Assembly: GCA_017631325.1 (NCBI GenBank)
Contig: JAGBTM010000006.1
Location: forward strand, 23,159-87,158
From: Clostridia bacterium
GTDB lineage: Bacteria; Bacillota; Clostridia; Oscillospirales; CAG-272
Length of the DNA stretch: 64,000 nt
Reading direction: 5' to 3'
Below the pieces are notes generated by a model. That model saw nothing but the letters and a program-made list of their open reading frames with translations, made no database searches and was not told where the DNA came from. A program made the translations under genes and the position numbers. Positions within the stretch are counted from its first letter, which is position 1; every line of letters begins with the position of its first letter. Positions 36,911 through 45,698 of the stretch are shown in pieces.

Positions 36911-38152
36911 ATGATACAGAGAATTAAAGGAACGATGGATATACTCCCCTCTGAAACTCCGCTTTGGAGATATATAGAGGGCATTATGCGTGAGGAGGCC
37001 GAGAAGTACGGCTATGGCGAGATACGCACTCCCACCTTTGAGAATACCGAGCTTTTCGTCAGAGGCGTAGGCGATACCACCGACGTTGTGCAAAAGGAGA
37101 TGTACACCTTTGCCGACAGAGACGAGGACAGGTCTATATCTCTTCGCCCCGAGGGAACGGCCTCGGTTGCCAGAGCTATAATTGAGAACGGAAAATGCTC
37201 CGACCCGATGCCCCTCAAATACTATTACATCATTTCCTGCTTCCGACACGAGAAGCCCCAGGCAGGCAGAAGCCGTGAGTTCTATCAGTTCGGTACCGAG
37301 ATGTTCGGCTCTACGAGCCCCGCTTCCGATGCTACGGCTATTGCGCTTGCAAGCTCGGTGCTCCGCAGACTCGGCTTAAAGAACGTAAAGCTTCATATAA
37401 ACTCGATAGGCTGTAAGGAGTGCAGACCCGCTTACAGAGCTTCACTCGTCGAGCATTTTTCATCTCGTCGAGACAAGCTTTGCGACACCTGTAAAACCAG
37501 ACTTGAAAAAAACCCCCTCAGACTTCTCGACTGCAAAAATCCCGACTGTCGCGAGGGCGCTGAGCTTGCTCCGAAGACGACCGAGCATCTTTGCCCGAGC
37601 TGTGAGAGAAGCTTTAATCTTCTGAAAAACGCACTCGACGCTATGAAGATAGACTATGTGGTTGACTCGAGCATCGTGCGTGGTCTTGATTACTACACGG
37701 GTACCGTCTTTGAGTTTATAGCAGACGGTATAGGCGCTCAGTCCACCGTGTGCGGAGGCGGTAGATACGACGGCCTCGTTGCCTCTCTTGGCGGCCCTGA
37801 GCTTTCGGGCATAGGCTTCGCTATGGGTATCACAAGACTTATTATGGCTATGCGCGAGGCGGGTGTTGATAAGATAGAGACCAAAACACCGAAGGTTTAT
37901 ATCGCAGCTATGGGCGAGGGCGCTATGATAAAGGGCCTTGAGATAGCCGAAAGACTCAGAAGAGAGGGCGTATTTGCCGAATGCGACGTCGTAGGCAGAA
38001 GTCTTAAGGCGCAGATGAAATACGCTAACAAGATATCGGCAGAGTACACGCTTATTATCGGCGAGTCGGAGCTTGAGTCCGGAAAGGCTCAGCTTAGAAA
38101 TATGCAAAACGGAGAGCAGAGCGAGGTAGAGCTCGACAGCTTCGTTATCTGA
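36911..38152 (+). CDS. hisS: Histidine--tRNA ligase
   Basis: RGTMDILP, LRPEGTA, FRHEKPQAGRSREFYQFG and GGGRYDGL motifs. Confidence 0.95.
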   Translation: MIQRIKGTMDILPSETPLWRYIEGIMREEAEKYGYGEIRTPTFENTELFVRGVGDTTDVVQKEMYTFADRDEDRSISLRPEGTASVARAIIENGKCSDPMPLKYYYIISCFRHEKPQAGRSREFYQFGTEMFGSTSPASDATAIALASSVLRRLGLKNVKLHINSIGCKECRPAYRASLVEHFSSRRDKLCDTCKTRLEKNPLRLLDCKNPDCREGAELAPKTTEHLCPSCERSFNLLKNALDAMKIDYVVDSSIVRGLDYYTGTVFEFIADGIGAQSTVCGGGRYDGLVASLGGPELSGIGFAMGITRLIMAMREAGVDKIETKTPKVYIAAMGEGAMIKGLEIAERLRREGVFAECDVVGRSLKAQMKYANKISAEYTLIIGESELESGKAQLRNMQNGEQSEVELDSFVI

Positions 38153-38153
38153 T

Positions 38154-40457
38154 ATGAGAGACAGACGCGATTTTTTACCCGTCACCCTCGAGGACGTACG
38201 TCAGAGGCGATGGGCTGAGATTGATTTCGTTTACGTGACGGGTGATGCCTACGTGGATCACCCGTCCTTCGGCGCTTCTATCATTACGCGCGTTCTCGAG
38301 AACGAGGGCTTTCGTGTGGCGGTTCTTGCGCAGCCCGATTACAAGAGCTGTGAGGATTTCAAGCGCTTCGGCAGACCCCGTCTTGGCTTTTTGGTATCTA
38401 GCGGAAACATAGATTCTATGGTTGCGCACTATACGGTGTCAAAAAAGAAGCGCACCTACGATTATTACAGCGCGGGCGGTAAGATGGGCGCGCGCCCTGA
38501 CAGAGCTCTTATCGTATACTGCAACAGAATACGCGAGGCTTACGGTGACGTGCCGATTATCGTCGGTGGACTTGAGGCCTCGCTTCGCAGGTTTGCTCAC
38601 TACGATTATTGGGACGACAGGGTGAGGCGCAGTATCCTCGTTGACTCGAGAGCCGACATTCTCACCTACGGAATGGGCGAAAATATTATAAAGAGAATAG
38701 CAGCGCTTCTTGATAAGGGCGTACCCGTGCGCAAAATTCGTGACGTACGAGGTACGGTTTATCTTGCAAAGTCTGACGAGAAGCCGCACTTTGATTTTAT
38801 CTCGGTCGGTGATTACGACACCTTAAAGACCGACAAGTCGGCCTATGCCAAGGCCTTTGCAGTGCAGTATAAGAACACCGACTCGGTGAACGGACGCGCC
38901 GTGGTAGAGAGCTACGGTGACAAAATACTCGTCCAAAATCCCCCTATGCCGCCTCTTGAACGTGAGGAGCTCGACGAGGTCTACGCTCTTCCGTATGCGC
39001 GCGACTACCACCCGGACTATGAGAGCGAGGGCGGTGTTCCCGCTATAAACGAGGTTAAATTCTCGATAACTCACAACAGAGGATGCTTTGGAGCCTGTAA
39101 CTTCTGTGCAATTGCTTTCCATCAGGGACGTGAGGTTCGCTCTCGAAGTGTCGAGAGCGTTGTAGCCGAGGCGAAGATTATTACCGAGATGCCCGATTTC
39201 AAGGGCTATATAAACGACGTCGGAGGCCCTACGGCCAATTTCCGTTATCCGTCGTGTGATAAGCAGAAGAAGGACGGAGTTTGTCCCACTCGCAAGTGCC
39301 TCTCGCCTACTCCCTGCAAGAATTTGAAGGTGGACCACACCGAGTATGCAAATATGCTCTCCGAGATTGAAGCATTGCCCAAAATTAAGAAGGTTTTCGT
39401 GCGCTCGGGTATACGCTTTGATTATCTTAGCTATGACAAGGACGACAGCTTCTTCCGTCAGCTCGTTACAAGACACGTCTCGGGACAGCTTAAGGTTGCC
39501 CCCGAGCATTGCTCGAACTCGGCTCTCGCCATGATGGGCAAGCCTCCGATAGAGGTATACGAGCGCTTCAGGAGTAAGTATTTTTCGCTCTGCAAGGAAG
39601 CAGGGCTTGAGCAGTATCTCGTGCCGTATCTTATGTCGAGCCATCCCGGTGCGACGATGAACGATGCGGTAGAGATGGCCCTTTGGCTAAAGAAATGGGG
39701 ATATATGCCGGAGCAGGTCCAGGATTTTTATCCCACCCCAGGCACAATATCAACCGTTATGTACTACACGGGCATTCACCCAATGACTGGCAAGACCGTG
39801 TACGTAACCACCGATTACAACGAAAAGAAACTTCAGAGAGCTCTTCTTCAATATTCCAAGCCCGAGAACGCAAATCTCGTCAGAGAGGCGCTGAGGATAG
39901 CAGGAAGAGAGGACCTTATAGGCCTCGGACCCGACTGTCTTGTCCGTCCTGCCTTTGGTAAGGGTACACAGTGGCACCCTGAATCTCGGGGTAAGAATGG
40001 CACAAGGTCCGCGCGCGGCACGGCTACTACCAAGAACGGCTCGAAGTTTGCGAATGGTACGACTAGCACTAAGAACGGCTCGAAGTTTGCGAACGGTACG
40101 ACTAGCACCAAGAACGGCTCAAAGTCTGCGAATGGTGTGGCAACGAAATTCGTCACCCGTCAAGATGCAACAGACAAGTCCATTGGCAAGTCAAAAAAAC
40201 AGGGCTCTAATCGCTCTAATGCAAATAAATCTTTGCAAAAAGAGAATAAAATCATATTTGGCGCTCACGCAGGCTTTAATGACGGAGCGAAGTCCACGAG
40301 GAGCGGTGGCAGAATGGGACTCTCGGGACGGTCGAAAAAGCTCGACAGAGTCTTCGGCTCCGATGCTCTGAGGATAAGAAAAGAGGCCGACAGGCTCTCG
40401 AGTGGCGCAAATCAAAAAAAGGCAAGCAAAAGGGCAAAAGTAAATAAAAACGGCTAA
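38154..40457 (+). CDS. ygiQ: YgiQ-family radical SAM protein with long basic, repeat-containing C-terminal tail
   Basis: FLPVT...DFVYVTGDAYVDHPSFG, and CFGACNFCAI (CxxxCxxC). The start lies 1 nt after the hisS stop. Confidence 0.85.
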   Translation: MRDRRDFLPVTLEDVRQRRWAEIDFVYVTGDAYVDHPSFGASIITRVLENEGFRVAVLAQPDYKSCEDFKRFGRPRLGFLVSSGNIDSMVAHYTVSKKKRTYDYYSAGGKMGARPDRALIVYCNRIREAYGDVPIIVGGLEASLRRFAHYDYWDDRVRRSILVDSRADILTYGMGENIIKRIAALLDKGVPVRKIRDVRGTVYLAKSDEKPHFDFISVGDYDTLKTDKSAYAKAFAVQYKNTDSVNGRAVVESYGDKILVQNPPMPPLEREELDEVYALPYARDYHPDYESEGGVPAINEVKFSITHNRGCFGACNFCAIAFHQGREVRSRSVESVVAEAKIITEMPDFKGYINDVGGPTANFRYPSCDKQKKDGVCPTRKCLSPTPCKNLKVDHTEYANMLSEIEALPKIKKVFVRSGIRFDYLSYDKDDSFFRQLVTRHVSGQLKVAPEHCSNSALAMMGKPPIEVYERFRSKYFSLCKEAGLEQYLVPYLMSSHPGATMNDAVEMALWLKKWGYMPEQVQDFYPTPGTISTVMYYTGIHPMTGKTVYVTTDYNEKKLQRALLQYSKPENANLVREALRIAGREDLIGLGPDCLVRPAFGKGTQWHPESRGKNGTRSARGTATTKNGSKFANGTTSTKNGSKFANGTTSTKNGSKSANGVATKFVTRQDATDKSIGKSKKQGSNRSNANKSLQKENKIIFGAHAGFNDGAKSTRSGGRMGLSGRSKKLDRVFGSDALRIRKEADRLSSGANQKKASKRAKVNKNG
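40029..40145 (+). repeat. Three in-frame 39-bp tandem repeats (TKNGSKFANGTTS x3) inside the ygiQ tail
   Basis: Units at 40029-40067, 40068-40106 and 40107-40145. The first two differ at only a few synonymous or near-synonymous positions. Confidence 0.9.
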
Positions 40458-40616
40458 AATAAACGTACAAGTGATAAAAACATCGTACTATTTACGAACG
40501 AATAAGGCTACAAAAATATCGGCAGAAACCAAAAAGTCCAAAAAGTTCAAGGGCTTGTATTTAAGTGACTTTTGACAGAAATAACGGAAAAGGATACTTT
40601 TGGAAAAAGCCGTATG

Positions 40617-40748
40617 ATTTCCACATTCATTTTGGGTAAAACTCGATAAAATGTGGATAACTACCACCGTGTTTAGAGTAGTTCGGCGAAATCTCGCCTT
40701 TTTCGACAAAAAGTTTTCCACACTTTCAACATATCGTTTTGTGGAAAA
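40617..40748. promoter_or_regulatory. Cluster of DnaA-box-like 9-mers arranged as two inverted pairs
   Basis: ATTTCCACA at 40617-40625 (2 mismatches), TGTGGATAA at 40652-40660 (perfect complement of TTATCCACA), TTTTCCACA at 40714-40722 (1 mismatch), and TGTGGAAAA at 40740-40748 (1 mismatch). Confidence 0.5.
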
Positions 40749-40913
40749 CTAAGCGCGGAGCTATCAAAGCTTTTGCTTATTTGTCGGGAAAATACAATTT
40801 GTCCACGCGGCTTAGTCGGGCGTCGGTGTCGTTTTTTCTAAAAAACATTTTAAGTTGGCCTTGCGCTTTTTAGTATTTTTTACGAACGATTACTTCAAGA
40901 AAGGATATTCTTA

Positions 40914-43900
40914 ATGAAACACGCACTCGTTTCCGGGAAAAATATTAGTGTCGATCGGTTTCTCGATCTAAAATTACAATCATTTAATAATGGTTGCGAA
41001 GATATATTTTGTTCGTTATGCAAGCAAAAAGCGCAATACATTAGAAAGTCTCGGAATGGGGATAAGGGTCCTTATTTTCGTCATGTAGAAGCTAATGAAA
41101 AATGTTTGTATTCTATTTATGATGGTTTTCATGACGAACAAAGTATGTCGTTTAGAGATGCACTAAAATGCAAATTTGAAAATGATGGTTTTTTTGTTGA
41201 AGAAGAAGTTGTTTTAGAAAATTTCGACAATCAAATCATAGATTTAGTTTGCAAAAAAGAGAATGCGTGTGCATATATTCAAGTTGTTTCTAATAAAAAG
41301 AAATCACGCGAATATGCCCGTGAAACTTATGACAAATTATCAAAATATGTAAGTCCAATATCAGTTTTTTTCATAAGCAATGATCTCAAAAAGAGTGTAG
41401 AATATTTCTCGCCGGAGCCAATTGTTGCCATGGAACATGTGGAAAGGTGGGGGCTTTTGCAATATGAACAAGAAGGCGAACTGTATCGTGAAAGGGACGG
41501 CTTTTTATCGGATTTAGCAATTGTAGATAATAAATGCATAATACAGAAAGATTATAAGACACCATTAGCATATAAATATAAAAGTAATATCCTCAACAAT
41601 TATAGAAAAGAAAACTTCCATTCTAACGAAAAAGAACAGGAAGAAAAAGTGATTAGTAGAGTTCCTGAATATGCTCCCTCACGAGAAGAATCTAGTTGGC
41701 ATCACGACAGAGAAGCGATAAAAAAAGAAAAAGCGGCTTCTAAAGATGGGGGTAAAATTCAAAAGCATTTGTCTGGAACTTTAGAAGACAAGTATTTAAA
41801 TGCGAAACAAAATTTATTTGATAAGGTATACGGTGAGCGCTTAAATCCCGAGCAGCGTCGCGCCGTATTCACCACGCGCGGACCTTTGCTTGTTCTTGCG
41901 GGTGCGGGAAGTGGAAAAACCACGGTTTTGGTCAACCGAATAGCCTATCTTATCAAGTACGGTGACGCGTATTTTTCGGATTTTGTGCCAGACGGTATAA
42001 CGCCCGAGGCCGTGCGCGCGCTTGAGACGGCCGAGAGCTTCTCGCGTGAGGAGATTTCGGAGATTTTGCCTCAGTTCATAACCGCTTCGACACCCCCATG
42101 GCGAGTGCTTGCGATAACCTTTACAAACAAGGCCGCAGGCGAGATTAAGGATAGACTTTTGTCTACGTTTGATGACAAGGATATTGCGTCGTCGGTGTGG
42201 GCCGGAACCTTCCATTCTGTTTGTATGCGTATTTTACGCAAGCACGGTGAGCTTGTGGGTCTTCGCGAGGGATTTTCCATCTACGACACCGACGACAAAA
42301 AGCGTATGATAAGCGATATTATAAAGTCGCTTGGGTACGATGAGAAAACTCTCGCGCCACGCGCCGTGGCTGACGCTATCAGCAGGGCCAAGGATGAGCT
42401 CAAGGGCCCTGACGAGATGGATGTCGGATATGACCCGAGAGGCAAGAAGATTATCGAGATATACCGCTATTACGAGAAGCGTATGAAAGAGCATAACGCT
42501 GTGGATTTCGACGATATTATTATGAAATGCGTCGAGCTTCTTGAGGCTAACAAGGGCGTCAGAGATTATTATCAGGAGAAGTTTATGCACGTTCTTGTTG
42601 ACGAGTATCAGGACACAAACTACGCACAGTTCGTGCTTACGAAAATACTTTCTGATAAGCACGAGAATATAATGGTAGTCGGCGACGACGACCAGAGCAT
42701 ATACAGGTTCCGCGGAGCGACTATTGAGAACATTTTGAACTTTGATAAGACCTATCCGAGCGCGACGGTTATCAAGCTCGAGCAGAATTACCGTTCGACC
42801 TCTAATATACTCGATGCGGCAAACGCTGTGATTTCGCACAATACCGACCGTCACGCAAAGAGCCTTTGGTGCTCGGCAGGAAGCGGTGAAAAAATAACGC
42901 TCAGAGCCGCTGAAAATGCCGAGGGTGAGGGCAGATATATCCTTGATAAAATATCGACAGGGGTACGACTTGGCGGTAAGAAGTATTCGGATTTTGCAGT
43001 TCTTTATCGCACCAACGCACTCGGACGTGCGCTCCAGACTACCTTTGCGAAAAGCGGTATTCCCTATAAGGTTATAGGAGATATGCGCTTCTACGACCGC
43101 AAGGAAATTAAGGATATGGTCGCATATCTTACCGTTATAACCACCCCGAGCGATAATCTTCGCTTAAAGCGTATAATGAACGAGCCAAAGCGAAAAATAG
43201 GCTCGGCAACAGCGGCGGCAATAGAGGAGATAGCACAGCACGAGGGACTTTCAATGTTCGCTGTTATGGAGCGTTCGGAGAGCTATACGGCGCTGCTTAA
43301 GAGTTCTGACAAGCTCACGGCCTTCACCTCTATGATAAATAAAATAAAGGAAGAAAAGACGCTTCCCTCGGAGATACTCACCGAGGTTTTTGAGGCAAGC
43401 GGATACAAGGCCTCTCTTGTCTCGGAGGGCTTTGAGGGACAGGGCAAAATCGAAAACGTAACCGAGCTTATAAACGGTGCGGCCGAATACGAAAAGAGAT
43501 GCTTGGACGAGGATATCGAGCCGACGGCTATGGGATTTCTTGAGGAAATCTCGCTTATCAGCGACGTTGACAGGTACGACGAGACAGCAGATGCAGTAGT
43601 TCTTATGACTATACACGCTGCCAAAGGACTTGAGTTTCCCGTAGTATTTATAGCCGGTATGGAGGACGGAATTTTCCCCTCACAGCAGAACATCGGTGAG
43701 CCGTCGGAGATGAGCGAGGAAAGGCGCCTTGCCTACGTTGCTATAACTCGTGCAAAGGAAAAATTATACATCACCTATGCAAAGGAACGAATGATGTACG
43801 GCAAAACTGCCTACAACAAGCTTTCAAGATTTGCAAAGGACGAGATACCCGAGAGTCTTATAGACGAGGACAAGCCGAGAATGGCACCCCCGCGTATGAC

Positions 43901-44192
43901 AGGAGCACCCGACCGTCCGTGGCAGCGCGAGCGTGCCAGCGGCTATAACCTCAGCGAAATGCGTCGCGACGTTAATATATCGCAAAGACCCACTCCCCAG
44001 AAAAAGCAGGGCGCGAGCGGCTACGGAGTAGAAAAATTTGCTCCCGGAACCAGAATTTCTCATGCTATGTTCGGTGAGGGAGTAATCGCTTCGGCACGTG
44101 ATATGGGCGGTGACGTTTTGTACGAGGTGAACTTCGACAAGGCGGGCACAAAGAAGCTGATGGCAACCTTTGCAAAGCTTAAGAAAATTTAA
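40914..44192 (+). CDS. pcrA: PcrA/UvrD-family ATP-dependent DNA helicase with ~310-aa N-terminal extension (CoiA-like Zn-ribbon/nuclease-type module)
   Basis: The helicase part begins at about nt 41841: LNPEQRRAV, AGAGSGKT, VDEYQDTN, YRSTSNIL, TIHAAKGLEFPVVF, VAITRAKEKLYIT, and a C-terminal GTRISHAMFGEGVI Tudor-like end. The N-terminal 305 codons are AT-rich but fully open. AAAGGA lies 9 nt before ATG 40914. Confidence 0.85.
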   Translation: MKHALVSGKNISVDRFLDLKLQSFNNGCEDIFCSLCKQKAQYIRKSRNGDKGPYFRHVEANEKCLYSIYDGFHDEQSMSFRDALKCKFENDGFFVEEEVVLENFDNQIIDLVCKKENACAYIQVVSNKKKSREYARETYDKLSKYVSPISVFFISNDLKKSVEYFSPEPIVAMEHVERWGLLQYEQEGELYRERDGFLSDLAIVDNKCIIQKDYKTPLAYKYKSNILNNYRKENFHSNEKEQEEKVISRVPEYAPSREESSWHHDREAIKKEKAASKDGGKIQKHLSGTLEDKYLNAKQNLFDKVYGERLNPEQRRAVFTTRGPLLVLAGAGSGKTTVLVNRIAYLIKYGDAYFSDFVPDGITPEAVRALETAESFSREEISEILPQFITASTPPWRVLAITFTNKAAGEIKDRLLSTFDDKDIASSVWAGTFHSVCMRILRKHGELVGLREGFSIYDTDDKKRMISDIIKSLGYDEKTLAPRAVADAISRAKDELKGPDEMDVGYDPRGKKIIEIYRYYEKRMKEHNAVDFDDIIMKCVELLEANKGVRDYYQEKFMHVLVDEYQDTNYAQFVLTKILSDKHENIMVVGDDDQSIYRFRGATIENILNFDKTYPSATVIKLEQNYRSTSNILDAANAVISHNTDRHAKSLWCSAGSGEKITLRAAENAEGEGRYILDKISTGVRLGGKKYSDFAVLYRTNALGRALQTTFAKSGIPYKVIGDMRFYDRKEIKDMVAYLTVITTPSDNLRLKRIMNEPKRKIGSATAAAIEEIAQHEGLSMFAVMERSESYTALLKSSDKLTAFTSMINKIKEEKTLPSEILTEVFEASGYKASLVSEGFEGQGKIENVTELINGAAEYEKRCLDEDIEPTAMGFLEEISLISDVDRYDETADAVVLMTIHAAKGLEFPVVFIAGMEDGIFPSQQNIGEPSEMSEERRLAYVAITRAKEKLYITYAKERMMYGKTAYNKLSRFAKDEIPESLIDEDKPRMAPPRMTGAPDRPWQRERASGYNLSEMRRDVNISQRPTPQKKQGASGYGVEKFAPGTRISHAMFGEGVIASARDMGGDVLYEVNFDKAGTKKLMATFAKLKKI

Positions 44193-44316
44193 AAAAGGCG
44201 AAAAACTTAACACGGATATGGGCTAAAGCCCTAAAACACGCACAAAGAGAGCGGGCAACCCCCGAAAATACGCCCAAAGGGGCAAAATGATACGCCGTGT
44301 GGCAGAGAGGAGATAT

Positions 44317-45603
44317 ATGGAAAGAGAAAAGACAACGGTAGCCAAAAACGGCATAAAAATATACAGCTACACAAATCCTGCGCTTCACAGCTTCTATATA
44401 TCTCTTTTCGTCAAGGCAGGCTGTATGTACGAGAGCGCCTCGGAAAACGGAATAACCCATTTTCTTGAGCATGCCGTATACAGAAACGTAAACTACGAGA
44501 TGGGCGGAGAGCTTTATTCACTTCTTGACAGATACGGAGTAGAGTTTGGCGCATCGACCTACAGCGAAATGATACAGTTTTATACCTCCGGTGTCACTGC
44601 GAGCTTTAAGCTCGCCGCTGATATTATCTCAAAGGTTCTTTCTCCTATCAGGCTCCCACGCTCCGAGGTCGAAGCAGAGAAGTCAAGGATAAAGGCCGAG
44701 ATACGCGAGAGCGACGACAGAACCTCGCTTTCAACCTTTAGCGCGACAATAGTACACGAGGGCACCTCTCTTTCGCGCACCATACTCGGTACTCTCGGAA
44801 GCGTATCGCAGATTAACGCATCAAGGCTTGAAAAGTACAGAAGGCGCGTATTCTCACCCGAAAACATATTCGTTTATGTGACCGGTGCGCCAACCGACGA
44901 GGACCTCGATTACCTTAAGAGGCTGCTCGGTGAGGCAGAGCTTTTCTCGGGTGAAATTCACGACAACGTCGCACCCGTGTCAGATAAATTCAATAAAAGA
45001 GAGAAAAATTTGTACGTCAAAAACGCAGATTTTACCATGCTTCGCTTTAGCTTTGACATGGACATGTCCCGTATAGCCCCATGCACCGACGACGTACTTT
45101 ACGAGATGCTACTTGGAGGATATTCCTCTCGCTTCTTTATTGAAATGAGCGAGAAAAGAGGCCTATTTTACGATATTGCGGGAAGTGTCGAGAAATACAA
45201 GAATATAGGAAGCTTCGCCTTTAACTTTGAGGTCAGAGGAGGCTCTCTTTACGAGGCAGTAGAGATAACCCTTAAAATTTTGTCGGACCTAAAGAAGCGT
45301 GAGCCTACCGAACAGGAGTGCGTGAAAACACGCTTCACCGACAGCGCGTATTTGCTATATGACGATGCGCGTGAGCTTAACTTTAATTTTGCCTACGACT
45401 GTCATATTATGGGCGCAGAATATAAGAGCGTCGATGAAAGTGTCGCACTTTATAATTCCGTAACGCCAAAAGATGTGCACTCGGCAGCGTGTGAGATTTT
45501 CAAAGCAGAGAACCTGACGCTAGCCATAAAGTGTGACAAAAAGCGTCTTGACGCTGCAAGGCTGGAGGCAATTATTGAGAAATTTAAGGACGGAGTGCTC
45601 TGA
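44317..45603 (+). CDS. M16 (pitrilysin/insulinase) family zinc peptidase
   Basis: An HFLEH (HxxEH) motif near the N-terminus, about 430 aa. ATG 44317 follows GAGGAG. Confidence 0.8.
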   Translation: MEREKTTVAKNGIKIYSYTNPALHSFYISLFVKAGCMYESASENGITHFLEHAVYRNVNYEMGGELYSLLDRYGVEFGASTYSEMIQFYTSGVTASFKLAADIISKVLSPIRLPRSEVEAEKSRIKAEIRESDDRTSLSTFSATIVHEGTSLSRTILGTLGSVSQINASRLEKYRRRVFSPENIFVYVTGAPTDEDLDYLKRLLGEAELFSGEIHDNVAPVSDKFNKREKNLYVKNADFTMLRFSFDMDMSRIAPCTDDVLYEMLLGGYSSRFFIEMSEKRGLFYDIAGSVEKYKNIGSFAFNFEVRGGSLYEAVEITLKILSDLKKREPTEQECVKTRFTDSAYLLYDDARELNFNFAYDCHIMGAEYKSVDESVALYNSVTPKDVHSAACEIFKAENLTLAIKCDKKRLDAARLEAIIEKFKDGVL

Positions 45604-45698
45604 TTTTCGCCCTGAGGGAATAATTTTGGGGCACGATATTATAAAGCCCCGCAACATAAAAACGTTTAATTACTCGAAGCTCCAAAAAGGAAAAAGAA

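Noticed and set aside
37460-38185. 241-aa minus-strand ORF
   Set aside because: It lies entirely antisense to hisS, whose class II synthetase motifs are unambiguous. It has no RBS and a low-complexity, Ser/Leu/Ala-rich translation typical of shadow ORFs.
38823-39644. 273-aa minus-strand ORF
   Set aside because: It is antisense to the radical-SAM core of ygiQ (CxxxCxxC lies on the plus strand). It has no recognisable motifs.
40488-40721. 77-aa minus-strand ORF in the ygiQ-pcrA gap
   Set aside because: It has no RBS and an implausible composition, and it spans the DnaA-box inverted repeats. It is treated as non-coding.
40458-40913. Possible chromosomal origin (oriC), given the DnaA boxes
   Set aside because: There is no dnaA, dnaN or rpmH nearby, only one perfect box, no obvious AT-rich 13-mer unwinding element, and no clear gene-orientation switch around it. 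It is kept only as a DnaA-box cluster.
42234-42854. 206-aa minus-strand ORF inside pcrA
   Set aside because: It is antisense to the helicase motifs (DEYQD, YRSTSNIL). It is a shadow ORF.
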